Virus record (IMG/VR): IMGVR_UViG_3300044724_002359
Span: 1 to 34,725 of that record
Strand: one strand, 5' to 3'
Source of the DNA: a virus
Lineage: Duplodnaviria; Caudoviricetes
Length of the DNA: 34,725 nt
The notes beneath the pieces are model-generated. The model ran no database searches. It was not told the DNA's origin and worked only from the letters and a program-made list of their open reading frames with translations. Below, in pieces: positions 26,301 to 34,725 of the stretch (its first letter is position 1; each line of letters opens with the position of its first letter). A program made the translations under genes and the position numbers.

Positions 26301-26729
26301 GACAAGGTTGCTGCCATACAAGCAAAAATGGGTGTTGATTTTAATAGACCAATAATCCCTCATACAGGTAATCAATCATCTGATCCTAATTTTATGTCTC
26401 CTGCTGTAGCACAAGCAAGGGCATTGGTTGCTCAACCTGATTCATATATTTCTGTCTCTAGACAAGATGATCCAAACACACGTCAAGATGAATCTACACA
26501 GGGATTTGAATCGGCATACCTTGATCAATATGTAAAAGCTGTAGATAATACACCGTTGAGTCAATTGTCATCTGGACCTACTAGAAACAAGAACTCATGG
26601 TGGTATCCATCTGCTACTCGGACTGAATTAAAATTATCTAAGGGAGCACGCTTTGTTGGTGAATTTGATGGAAAATTAATCCTAGAACTGCCTGATGGTA
26701 GTCGCTTTGCAATTAACAGGACTCAATAA
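23364..26729 (+). CDS. Internal virion protein, gp15-like, with lytic transglycosylase domain
   Basis: Synteny; SLT motifs IES.GNPNATSSAGAMGLGQIM and AGAYNAG at about 25810-26160. Confidence 0.8.
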   Translation: MAFQSFGSYGRFQQTPFPDRARKILEEQRARSINEQNYQQQLDRQNQSYLEVMREKLAAERENRRRNFDYENSLKKQQQDAVERNNKQKQANATNQAANQAAMYTALADISSAAAEKAGEYFAEQQKKKDETQAAKDQQAFENLNPIAKLAQGASLQYAENQQELATANASSVVNGMLDSGKAAEAEKLDKALNGPTYSVLGRQLNASSTAKNLPLIFEQFKASGYTLPITDPITGNTVRMTLAEAEQKGIEYGAQAIRLVTNSIGNALAGADANQAFMRKYYYDIARDTERRYLNRIALQQNERAAAELKTRQNNTLNSKIIVGLNTEDPFALSTIISSEAVASGKQPGIYRDSVVFPRIQSMLELGAFDSNIDEVEQQILGQTLVLDDGNEVTVAQLAENGNAQALALRESFEQRSRNQESVRQQTNKSRMTEEVNALVDAALSNDGRFDQREFTDIRSKIAESYRDDPLVYRAAIDLVGAYDPGAVDKINKETAYLDLKTKAEEGDLSNLELQQNEAWLNDAQKKELASFMIVSGAKPGEGYSRSDFESQARKLFKKALGSESTTTIDHHSIDWAVTTAGSLYMKTFQDYVNDPKLTIEQAQQRARSDALNDIMGYLKPGNTFYVVPSDEAKGTQAYFENFSVGGSTFQRDNVNNQLKAIANNPQVLETNLYLGATYIQDVKDDVLNGRRVTYSPWVLNVAKQQNLKPYQVLNAQLKAAKMDAEIQPGSYDLLSERSVPNPRLQSLLKAPTQYRVNAAIVGSGNSPATVYSRGDAIGVARAAKFKSPALLGLLYDEGAVEFNKSSYPAPLKRWQSLIEKSSAKYGIPSNLLAAKIFIESNGNPNATSSAGAMGLGQIMQDSHPNYRGGYDPAANVDYSAKFFSELIQEFGDPVIAAGAYNAGNGRMNEYINSGRPLPQETENHMKKFEDALQLIGGSPLQQVATMMSSLSKNPSYANAQTHAEVLNSMVEAGLVSADKVAAIQAKMGVDFNRPIIPHTGNQSSDPNFMSPAVAQARALVAQPDSYISVSRQDDPNTRQDESTQGFESAYLDQYVKAVDNTPLSQLSSGPTRNKNSWWYPSATRTELKLSKGARFVGEFDGKLILELPDGSRFAINRTQ

Positions 26730-26731
26730 CA

Positions 26732-29700
26732 ATGGATAATTATGATTATCGTGATATGTCCAACTATGATCCAGACAATAAGATCGTAGATGGACTAAGA
26801 GAAGAAGGATTATTGAATGAAAAATATGAGAGTCCTCCTTCATCAGAAGAAGCTTTGGCTCCTACTCCTACAGAGACGGCTGAAGAGGAAGAAGGTTTTC
26901 TAGAGTCAGCCATTAAAAATCCTGTTGTCAATGCTGCTCTTCAGCAAACTGCAAAGATGACTAACCCAGTCTTTGGTAGAGCCGTTGCAGCAGGTGTTGG
27001 TGCGGTAGCTGCAGACACCAAGGAAGAAGCTGACAAGAATGTCATGGACAACGTAGGAGGTGAATTAGCTCTTGTTGACTTTGGCATGGACGTTATTGGA
27101 AATATACCAGGTGCTGCATCTATTGATGATGCATGGGATGAAGTAACTAAGTTTTCTAATCCTAATATGCAAGCAGTAAGGGATGTGGCATCAGTCATTG
27201 TCCCTTCTATGGCCTTGACTATGGCAGCTGGACCACTAGGTGCTAAAGGTGCTGTAGCTGTTGGTGGTGGCAAAATTGTACAAGGTTTATCTGCTATCTC
27301 AGCTACGGCTGCTACTGATGTTGCTGTTACTGCATTGTCTGATTATTCAGAACGTGATGAAGGAATGGCACGTGGCTTAGATAACTTCCTTGAGAGTATT
27401 GGTAGGCCGCTCAATCTAAAGATTCCACAGGCTATTACAGTCATGGATGATGATAGTCCAGAAGTACGTCAACGCAAGTTGATGTTTGAAACAGCTGGTC
27501 TATCAATTGTTGGGGATGCTCTTGGATATATGTTCTCGGCTGGTAAACCAGTTTTAAATTGGTTCCAACCAAAAGACGAAGTAGCTGAAACATTCAAACA
27601 AGTAAAGATTAGAGAGAACCCTGATCCTGATACCGTCTTCCGTACAATGGAATTAGACGAAGAGATCATGCAGTTAGATGATGAGATTCTCGCTGCAGGA
27701 GATGCTGATGTCTCTGAACTAATAGCTAGACGTGACTTACTACAGGAGGAAGCAGGAGCTTTATATAACACCTATTTTAATACAGGCCGTACATCAGCAA
27801 CAGCTGATCCTCTTGAGAGCTATGTATCCACTCAGAAGTCCACACGTGATTATCAGACTGATCAGATAGGTGCTCAGAAGATTCAGGAAAACCCTGATCT
27901 AAGTGAGTTTGATCCTAATGTACAAGCATTAATTGGAGATGAATCAGCTAGACCACGTCAATCTATACCTCGTGCAAACGTAGCTCGTAATGCTGCTGAT
28001 ATTGCAGCTATGGAATCAGGCGCTATTGCTCCTGGAGTACCTGCACCAATGCTTACTGATGCAATGCTGAAGAAAGGTATTGGTCTTGATGAAACTTCCA
28101 GGGATGCTGTAGTCAAGCTCACAGATACATTCCGTGAGTCCGGTAAATTTGATGCTGTTGTTGACGGTGTTCGATTTACTAAAGCAGAGATGAATGATAA
28201 TGCATGGAATTTAACAGCAAAAATTCTTGAGGCACCTGATGCTGAAGAGCTAAGAAAGGCTTTCATTGATCTTAAAGCAGAACGTCAGATCTCAAGTAAC
28301 TATGGAATAAATACACTTACAGATGCTGTTACTCCTGACGTAGGACGTGCAATTAGTATTCTTACAAAGGAATTCCTTGGAGATGAAGTTACTGCTATGT
28401 CCACTAAGGCAATGCAAACTACTGCTAAAGAGATTGATACTCATGTTGAATCAATGAGAATCTTTAAAGGACAAGTAGATGAAGATGCAGTTAATGATAT
28501 TATCTTAGATAAACTTCAATTTCTTACTGAAGAATATGGAATATCTAAGTACATAGCAGGTTGGTCATTACGTAACTTTGGTTGGTGGCAGCAAAAAGTC
28601 CCTGCATTACAAAAGAACCCAGAAGTCATTCTTCAAGAGATGACAGCTATGGCAAACTCTAAAAAGAAAAGTGCTCAAGCTTTTATTGCTGATCTTAAAC
28701 GATTACAAGTAGATCAACCGGAGACTGCTCGCACATTAACAATGGCTTATGGACTTACCAATGGTGATGTTGATACTATGGCTAAACTATCAAAGTGGGC
28801 TAAAGATCAACTAAGTATTGGTTCAGTATTTGTGTCTCCAAAAGATGGTGAGACAATCTTTAGTAAAGGTATATGGTCAGTTGTCTATAACAATGCACTC
28901 TCCGGTCTTTCTGCTGGCCGTGCTGCTGTAGGTAACATTTCTGCATTAGCTCTAAAACCAATTGATTATATGAATGGTGCTGGTATACGTGGTGTTCTTA
29001 AAAAGGACTTTGAACCTGTACGACGTGGCTTCTATGCATTCGGTATTCAACGTGAGGTAATTGGATCAGCTTTAGCTGAAGGCTGGAATATGTTTAAGAA
29101 AGCATCTAATGACCCTGATCTTGTACGTGACATAATGCGTAAAGATTATGCATTTGATACTGAAGAGATGTCTTGGGCCGTTATGAATCGAATGGAACAA
29201 GAATTTATTAAAAATGATCAGGTTGGACAGCTTGCAATGCTTCGTTGGGCACAAGTAAATAGAACAGCAAGTAAAAGTAAATTCATGCGTTATTCACAGA
29301 ACGCCATGATTGGCATTGACACAATGTCAAATTACATGCAAGCAACGATGGTGTCAAAACTTCGTGCTTGGGATGATGTATACACTAAGGGACAACACCT
29401 GGATGTAGCAAATCTCAGAGACGCACAGAAGCAACACTTAGATAAGATCTTTGATCCTAAGACTGGACGTATAAGCGATGAATGGGTAACAACACAAGCA
29501 ACTGAACTTGCTCTAAACCAAACCACTCAGTTTGGTGAAAGCATCTCAGCCATGATTCAACAATACCCTGCATTACGTGCAGCAGTTATGTTTCCAACTA
29601 CAGGCATTGCCTTTGTTAGAAAGTCAATGTCCTATACACCATTTCAATTCCTACCTGGTAGTCAGAAGTATGGTAAAACAATACTTGCACAAACAGATGA

Positions 29701-30898
29701 GCAAATAGCTGAGGTACTAACTCTTCATGGTATTAAGCCTGATGATCCTCAAGGAAGGATGATTGTTGATAACTTGAAGACAGAGTATATGGGACGCATT
29801 GCAACAGGTGCAATGGTTGTTGCTGGATTAGGTAGTTATGCCTTTAGTGGTAACATCCGTGGAAATTATCCAAAAGATCCGAGAGAAAAACAGAATTGGG
29901 TTACTAATAAAGTAAAGCCAAAAAGTATTAGATTAGGTGGTGCTTGGGTTTCATATGATGGCATAGTCCCATTAGATCCACTCCTCACAATGTTAGGTGA
30001 TATGGCATATTACGCAAATGATATTGGATCACCATTTATGGAAGATATTCAAGGAAAGCTTGCTTGGACTATTACTCAATCATTCTCAGGTGCTACACCT
30101 TTACAAGGTTTAGAACCGCTTGTAGCTATTGCTCAAGGTGATGAGACTGCTATGAGTAGGTTCCTTGCAAATACTTCACGTCTTGCAATTCCATTATCTA
30201 GTGGTCAAGGTGTCCTTGCTAAAGCTGTGGACTCTACAACTAAGGAGATCTACAACGATGTACAAGGCTATATTAATAGCCGAATACCATTTGTCAATCT
30301 AAGTGTTCCTGATAAATATGATTGGTGGACAGGAGAAAGGGTAAATGAAATTGATAACCCAATTCTACGCATAATGAATGCAGTAAATCCTTTACCTGTT
30401 ACGCAAACAGAAGAGCCCTGGAGACTATGGATACTTAATTCTGGACTAAATCTATCTACATTAATTTTGAAGGATACGTCTGGAGCTTATGAGTATTCCT
30501 CAGAGCAACGTTCAATAATGTCTAAATATATTGGTGAGCAAGAAATATGGAAGGAAGTTGAAAAGATGCGTACTGTTCCTAAGTACAATGATCAACTTGA
30601 TCAAGTTAGAGCTGAACTCGCTACTGGTAAAGTCTTTGATGACTTACAGCCTGATATTCAGAATCTTGAAGTAGTTAGAAGGTTAAAGACATTAGTCAAA
30701 GAGGCTAAAAAGGTTGCTGAACAGAGGATGTATTCTGAGTATCCTGAGATTCAGGAAAGGGCTAAGGCTAAGAAACTCTCAAATAATTATATGACTCAGG
30801 GACGAGTAAAAGATTCATTCCGTACGGCAGAAAAAGCTCAGAACAATAACAATAATAATCCAATGCAACAGGTACAAAAACTCTTACAATATAGATGA
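26732..30898 (+). CDS. Internal virion protein, gp16-like
   Basis: 1388 aa; synteny immediately before the tail fibre; helical composition. Confidence 0.8.
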   Translation: MDNYDYRDMSNYDPDNKIVDGLREEGLLNEKYESPPSSEEALAPTPTETAEEEEGFLESAIKNPVVNAALQQTAKMTNPVFGRAVAAGVGAVAADTKEEADKNVMDNVGGELALVDFGMDVIGNIPGAASIDDAWDEVTKFSNPNMQAVRDVASVIVPSMALTMAAGPLGAKGAVAVGGGKIVQGLSAISATAATDVAVTALSDYSERDEGMARGLDNFLESIGRPLNLKIPQAITVMDDDSPEVRQRKLMFETAGLSIVGDALGYMFSAGKPVLNWFQPKDEVAETFKQVKIRENPDPDTVFRTMELDEEIMQLDDEILAAGDADVSELIARRDLLQEEAGALYNTYFNTGRTSATADPLESYVSTQKSTRDYQTDQIGAQKIQENPDLSEFDPNVQALIGDESARPRQSIPRANVARNAADIAAMESGAIAPGVPAPMLTDAMLKKGIGLDETSRDAVVKLTDTFRESGKFDAVVDGVRFTKAEMNDNAWNLTAKILEAPDAEELRKAFIDLKAERQISSNYGINTLTDAVTPDVGRAISILTKEFLGDEVTAMSTKAMQTTAKEIDTHVESMRIFKGQVDEDAVNDIILDKLQFLTEEYGISKYIAGWSLRNFGWWQQKVPALQKNPEVILQEMTAMANSKKKSAQAFIADLKRLQVDQPETARTLTMAYGLTNGDVDTMAKLSKWAKDQLSIGSVFVSPKDGETIFSKGIWSVVYNNALSGLSAGRAAVGNISALALKPIDYMNGAGIRGVLKKDFEPVRRGFYAFGIQREVIGSALAEGWNMFKKASNDPDLVRDIMRKDYAFDTEEMSWAVMNRMEQEFIKNDQVGQLAMLRWAQVNRTASKSKFMRYSQNAMIGIDTMSNYMQATMVSKLRAWDDVYTKGQHLDVANLRDAQKQHLDKIFDPKTGRISDEWVTTQATELALNQTTQFGESISAMIQQYPALRAAVMFPTTGIAFVRKSMSYTPFQFLPGSQKYGKTILAQTDEQIAEVLTLHGIKPDDPQGRMIVDNLKTEYMGRIATGAMVVAGLGSYAFSGNIRGNYPKDPREKQNWVTNKVKPKSIRLGGAWVSYDGIVPLDPLLTMLGDMAYYANDIGSPFMEDIQGKLAWTITQSFSGATPLQGLEPLVAIAQGDETAMSRFLANTSRLAIPLSSGQGVLAKAVDSTTKEIYNDVQGYINSRIPFVNLSVPDKYDWWTGERVNEIDNPILRIMNAVNPLPVTQTEEPWRLWILNSGLNLSTLILKDTSGAYEYSSEQRSIMSKYIGEQEIWKEVEKMRTVPKYNDQLDQVRAELATGKVFDDLQPDIQNLEVVRRLKTLVKEAKKVAEQRMYSEYPEIQERAKAKKLSNNYMTQGRVKDSFRTAEKAQNNNNNNPMQQVQKLLQYR

Positions 30899-32061
30899 CT
30901 TACACTCCATACGCCTCTAATACGTTTACGAACGTAGCGGCAAATACAACACTATTTACAATTACTTGGGGATATGTCTATAATCCCTATTACATTGATA
31001 CAGCGGCTGTAAAGGCTACTGTCAATGGAGCTGATTGGACTGTTTCATCAGTAAGTGGTAGCACGATCACCCTTGCAACTGGTATTCCAGCAAATGCTAC
31101 TGTTATTATCTATCGTTCAACAGACATCACTGATAACGTAGTTAATTTTACTGCTGGATCTACTCTTAAATCTGAAGACCTTAACTCTGACTTTGATCAA
31201 TTATTATTCTCTGCACAAGAAGCAAAGGATACTGAGGCTAGTCTACAAACTCAGGTAGATGGTATTAATTCTAGTATTGCTAGTCTCATTGTCTATCTAC
31301 CCTTAGCTGATGTAGCTGCTTTGAATACTACAGCAGGAGGTTTAACTCCCACTGATGTAGGTAAAGCATATGAGGTACAGAACTCAACCAATATTAATAC
31401 CGCTGCTTCTCCAGTTGTCAACAATCTACCTTCTGGTGTGGAATGGGATTCGGGTATTCTTACTCGTGTTCAATGGTCTGGTACAGCATGGAACTATAAG
31501 GTTTATCTTGCTGCTAATCCAGATACTAGGTATGCAAATATTGCAGGAGATACGTTTACTGGTGATGTCAATATACCTGCTACTACAGCCAGCACACCCT
31601 CTACAGCAGTTGTAACAAAGGCATTCATTGAAGCAACCTATGTAGATGTTGCTGGCGACACAATGACTGGTAATCTACTAGTACCAACGACTACTGGAAG
31701 TACACCTAGCACAGCTGTTGTAACCAAGCAATATGTTGATAATGCTATTGCAGGTGAGACTAATACAACTTATACATATGCTTCTTCTGATACTTCTGGA
31801 GGAGTCAATTTAACTCTTACAGGCAGTGATTCAACCACCAATTCAATTAAACTTCAAGGTACATCAAACCTTGGAGTCACACAAACTAGCAATGTAGTTA
31901 CTCTTGACGTTGGTGGTAATCCTTTTGTCGAGAATACTCGCACTGTAACTGCTAATTACACAATTACTGCAGGTAGAGGTGCAACGTCTGTTGGTCCTCT
32001 TTCATTTAATAGTGGCGTTACTGTCACAGTACCAAGTACATCTAAACTTATTATTCTCTAA
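30895..32061 (+). CDS. Tail fibre protein (T7 gp17-like N-terminal adaptor)
   Basis: IYRST...FTAGSTLKSEDLNSDFDQLLFSAQE adaptor motif; GDTMTG / VTKQYVD fibre motifs. Confidence 0.88.
   Translation: MTYTPYASNTFTNVAANTTLFTITWGYVYNPYYIDTAAVKATVNGADWTVSSVSGSTITLATGIPANATVIIYRSTDITDNVVNFTAGSTLKSEDLNSDFDQLLFSAQEAKDTEASLQTQVDGINSSIASLIVYLPLADVAALNTTAGGLTPTDVGKAYEVQNSTNINTAASPVVNNLPSGVEWDSGILTRVQWSGTAWNYKVYLAANPDTRYANIAGDTFTGDVNIPATTASTPSTAVVTKAFIEATYVDVAGDTMTGNLLVPTTTGSTPSTAVVTKQYVDNAIAGETNTTYTYASSDTSGGVNLTLTGSDSTTNSIKLQGTSNLGVTQTSNVVTLDVGGNPFVENTRTVTANYTITAGRGATSVGPLSFNSGVTVTVPSTSKLIIL
31531..31746 (+). repeat. Two degenerate 36-aa (108-bp) repeats in tail fibre
   Basis: YANIAGDTFTGDVNIPATTASTPSTAVVTKAFIE versus YVDVAGDTMTGNLLVPTTTGSTPSTAVVTKQYVD, starting at 31531 and 31639. 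Confidence 0.85.
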
Positions 32062-32639
32062 TGGCATACGGTAAAATTAAAGTAGATACAGTTATCTACG
32101 ACAACGCTGGTAGTGATGCTGAAGTAGCAGTTAGTGGTATTCCATCAGCTGCTGACGTCAATGCAAAGGCTCCCTTAGCTAGTCCTGCCCTTACAGGCAC
32201 TCCTACAGCTCCTACAGCAGGTAGTGGTACTAATACAACACAGATTGCTACTACAGCTTTTGTGACTGCGGCAACTGCTGGTGGTGTCTCTCTAGATACA
32301 GCCAATACATGGACTAAAGGACAGCGTGGTGAAGTGACTGCATTGACTGATGCAGCAACAATTACACCAGATCTAAATGATTCAAATAACTATTCTATTG
32401 TCCTTGGTGGTAATAGAACATTAGCTAACCCAACAAACTGCACAGCTGGACAATCTGGTTCTATCTTCATTGTTCAAGATGGCACAGGTTCCCGTACGTT
32501 GTCTTGGGGTAGCTATTGGGATTTTGCAGGTGGTACCGCTCCTACCTTGACCACAACAGCTGCTGCTGTTGACCGTGTCGATTACGTGGTGAGATCTGCT
32601 TCTTCTATCCACGCAGTCTTCACGGGTAATTATTCATGA
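32061..32639 (+). CDS. Tail-fibre-associated protein
   Basis: KAPLASPALTGTPTAPT...TTQIATTAFV fibre repeat; QDGTGSRTL.W...F.GGTAPTLTT..AVD C-terminal module. Confidence 0.8.
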   Translation: MAYGKIKVDTVIYDNAGSDAEVAVSGIPSAADVNAKAPLASPALTGTPTAPTAGSGTNTTQIATTAFVTAATAGGVSLDTANTWTKGQRGEVTALTDAATITPDLNDSNNYSIVLGGNRTLANPTNCTAGQSGSIFIVQDGTGSRTLSWGSYWDFAGGTAPTLTTTAAAVDRVDYVVRSASSIHAVFTGNYS

Positions 32640-34725
32640 GTTGTATTCAAACTAATATTCTAGCCGGTGCCTCTGGACAAGGAGGTGGTGGCTACGAGAT
32701 CGAACGTAGTCTTAGGTTCAACTCAGCAGATTCTGCGTACTTAAATAGAACCCCAAGTTCTGCAGGTAATCGCAAGACGTGGACTTGGAGTAATTGGATT
32801 AAACGTAGCGCACTTAGTGGCAGCACAAGAGACTGGATTTTTATCGGCGGAAATACTGCATCAGATACTGGCATTATTTTTATAGGTTTTAAACAAAACG
32901 ACGACTTACTTGTTGGCACTAATAACACTGATCTTTTATTAACAGATGCAGTCTTTAGAGATCTTTCAGCATGGATGCACATTGTCGTTGCGTTTGACAC
33001 AACTCAATCGACAGCGAGTGATCGCTTGAAAGTATACGTGAATGGCGTTGAGATTACTTCATTTTCGACGGACAATAGATCGTCCATCACGCAAAATGGA
33101 GACTACGGCGCTAATCAAGCGCAAAGACATACCATAGGTTCAGTTCAAAACTATGGCGGCAACACCCCGGAATATATTGATGCTTACCTAGCCGACATCC
33201 ACTTCATCGATGGTCAAGCATTAGCACCAACAGATTTTGGTGAGACTGATGACAACGGTGTGTGGCAAGCTAAGGAATTTGCTGGTACGTACGGAACAAA
33301 TGGTTTCCACCTCGACTTTGCGGACAACAGTTCAAACGCTGCGCTTGGTACGGACACAAGTGGCAATGGAAATACGTGGACTGTTAACAACTTAAGTGTT
33401 GCAGCAGGTGCAGGTAACGACTCCCTCCGTGACTCCCCAACCAACGGCACGCAGACAGACACTGGAGCGGGCGGTGAGGTTGTTGGCAACTATGCGACGC
33501 TGAATCCGCTGCACGATAGTCAATTTGGAAGCAATATTCCCGTCCTGTCAAACGGTAATCTTACTCTTTCGCAAAGCGCAGACAGGGTTACTTTTTTGAC
33601 TATTGCTGTATCAAGCGGAAAATGGTATGCAGAAATGACTGCTACAACAAATACCAATCAGCTTTTGGGCATTACTAACGACGAAAATACAGTAGGGGGT
33701 GTGTATGGCAACACTGGCTCATATTATTATTATCCAGCAGCTAGCAGAAAGTATGTAAATGGTTCATATTCAAGTTATGGAACCACTATTTCGGTTGGCG
33801 ATACTGTTGGCATGGCTTTAGACCTAGACTCAGCCACTCGCACATTGACGTTTTACAAAAACGGTGTTAGCCAAGGCGTGTTAGCAAATCCTCCGGCTGA
33901 TACTTATTTTATAGGAATTGGAACGGGCAATGCTGCTGCATCCGTAACGGAAATAAATTGCGGCCAACGCCCCTTCGCGTATACCGCACCAAGCGGCTAC
34001 AAGAGTTTAAACACCGCAAACTTACCTGAGCCAACGATTGCGGATGGTTCGGCTTACTTTGACACCAAGCTCTACACCGGCTCAGGTGTCGCTAGGTCCA
34101 TCACTGGTTATGAGTTTTCTCCAGATTGGGTCTGGCTAAAAAGAAGGTCTGCCGCAAGCAATCATTTGCTGTTTGACATCATTCGCGGCACAGAAAAGAT
34201 TCTTGAATCTGACACTTCTGACGCAGAAGCAACATTGTCAGGAAGTCTAACTGCATTTAATTCAGATGGCTTTAGCTTAGGAACTAGCTCTGGTGGCAAT
34301 AACTCTGGAGCGACGTGGGTAGCCTGGGCCTGGGACGCCGGATCTTCCACGGTAACTAACAACGACGGCAGCATTGCTTCACAAGTAAGAGCCAACCCAA
34401 GTGCTGGGTTCTCGATTGTTAGTTATACGGGGAATGGAACTGCAGGCGCAAGTGTGGGCCATGGATTGAGCGCATCTCCTGAATTTATCATTGTCAAAAC
34501 ACGAAATACCACTGGGAGCGGCTGGAGGGTATATCACAGTGCTCTTGGTAATACGAAATACATTCAGCTCGACTCCAGTGACAAAGCTTACGCCTACACC
34601 GACTGGAATAACACAACCCCTTCTTCTAGCGTTATCACATTAGGAGCCAGTAGTCCGGCACCGACAAATACAAACGGAAATACTTACATCGCCTACTGCT
34701 TCGCACCTGTCGAAGGGTATAGCGC
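32636..34725 (+). CDS. Large receptor-binding/tail protein with LamG (concanavalin A-like) and SPRY-like modules; 3'-truncated by window
   Basis: Absent from the track, consistent with no stop codon in the window. ATGA overlap start; reads MSCIQTNILAGASGQGGGGYEIERSLRFNSADSAYLNR..., WMHIVVAFD...YVNG, SGKWYAE...GDTVGMALD, PDWVWLKRR, ...YIAYCFAPVEGYS at the window end. Confidence 0.85.
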   Translation, partial: MSCIQTNILAGASGQGGGGYEIERSLRFNSADSAYLNRTPSSAGNRKTWTWSNWIKRSALSGSTRDWIFIGGNTASDTGIIFIGFKQNDDLLVGTNNTDLLLTDAVFRDLSAWMHIVVAFDTTQSTASDRLKVYVNGVEITSFSTDNRSSITQNGDYGANQAQRHTIGSVQNYGGNTPEYIDAYLADIHFIDGQALAPTDFGETDDNGVWQAKEFAGTYGTNGFHLDFADNSSNAALGTDTSGNGNTWTVNNLSVAAGAGNDSLRDSPTNGTQTDTGAGGEVVGNYATLNPLHDSQFGSNIPVLSNGNLTLSQSADRVTFLTIAVSSGKWYAEMTATTNTNQLLGITNDENTVGGVYGNTGSYYYYPAASRKYVNGSYSSYGTTISVGDTVGMALDLDSATRTLTFYKNGVSQGVLANPPADTYFIGIGTGNAAASVTEINCGQRPFAYTAPSGYKSLNTANLPEPTIADGSAYFDTKLYTGSGVARSITGYEFSPDWVWLKRRSAASNHLLFDIIRGTEKILESDTSDAEATLSGSLTAFNSDGFSLGTSSGGNNSGATWVAWAWDAGSSTVTNNDGSIASQVRANPSAGFSIVSYTGNGTAGASVGHGLSASPEFIIVKTRNTTGSGWRVYHSALGNTKYIQLDSSDKAYAYTDWNNTTPSSSVITLGASSPAPTNTNGNTYIAYCFAPVEGYS

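Noticed and set aside
916-34395. All minus-strand ORFs and most short alternative-frame plus-strand ORFs in the track
   Set aside because: They lie wholly over well-supported genes, lack motifs, and T7-like genomes are transcribed from one strand.

Overview
This window is most of the genome of a T7-like marine cyanopodovirus (Autographiviridae; P-SSP7/S-CBP/S-TIP37-like organisation). All credible genes are on the + strand. Order: single-subunit RNA polymerase, ssDNA-binding protein, an inserted photosynthesis cassette (hli, two tiny basic ORFs, psbA), endonuclease I, primase/helicase, a family A DNA polymerase split into two frames, 5'-3' exonuclease, an overlapped nblA / DUF3310 / MazG-like block, class I ribonucleotide reductase alpha and beta, small ORFs, portal, scaffold, a secreted outer-membrane beta-protein, major capsid, two small post-capsid genes and a terminator, tail tubular A and B, three internal virion proteins, and tail-fibre genes that run off the right end. 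Several real small ORFs and the last large ORF are missing from the supplied track and were read by hand. The most notable observation is a pair of tRNA-like mini-elements (acceptor stem plus T-arm, no D or anticodon arm). Each is followed by a hairpin and sits directly upstream of psbA or of the major capsid gene, suggesting tRNA-mimic mRNA processing sites. Also notable are the split DNA polymerase with a hairpin at the junction, a very long gp14-like ejection protein, a six-strand OMP-like protein, and a zinc-ribbon ORF bounded by a duplicated gene junction. Calls come from motif recognition and synteny; no database searches were run.
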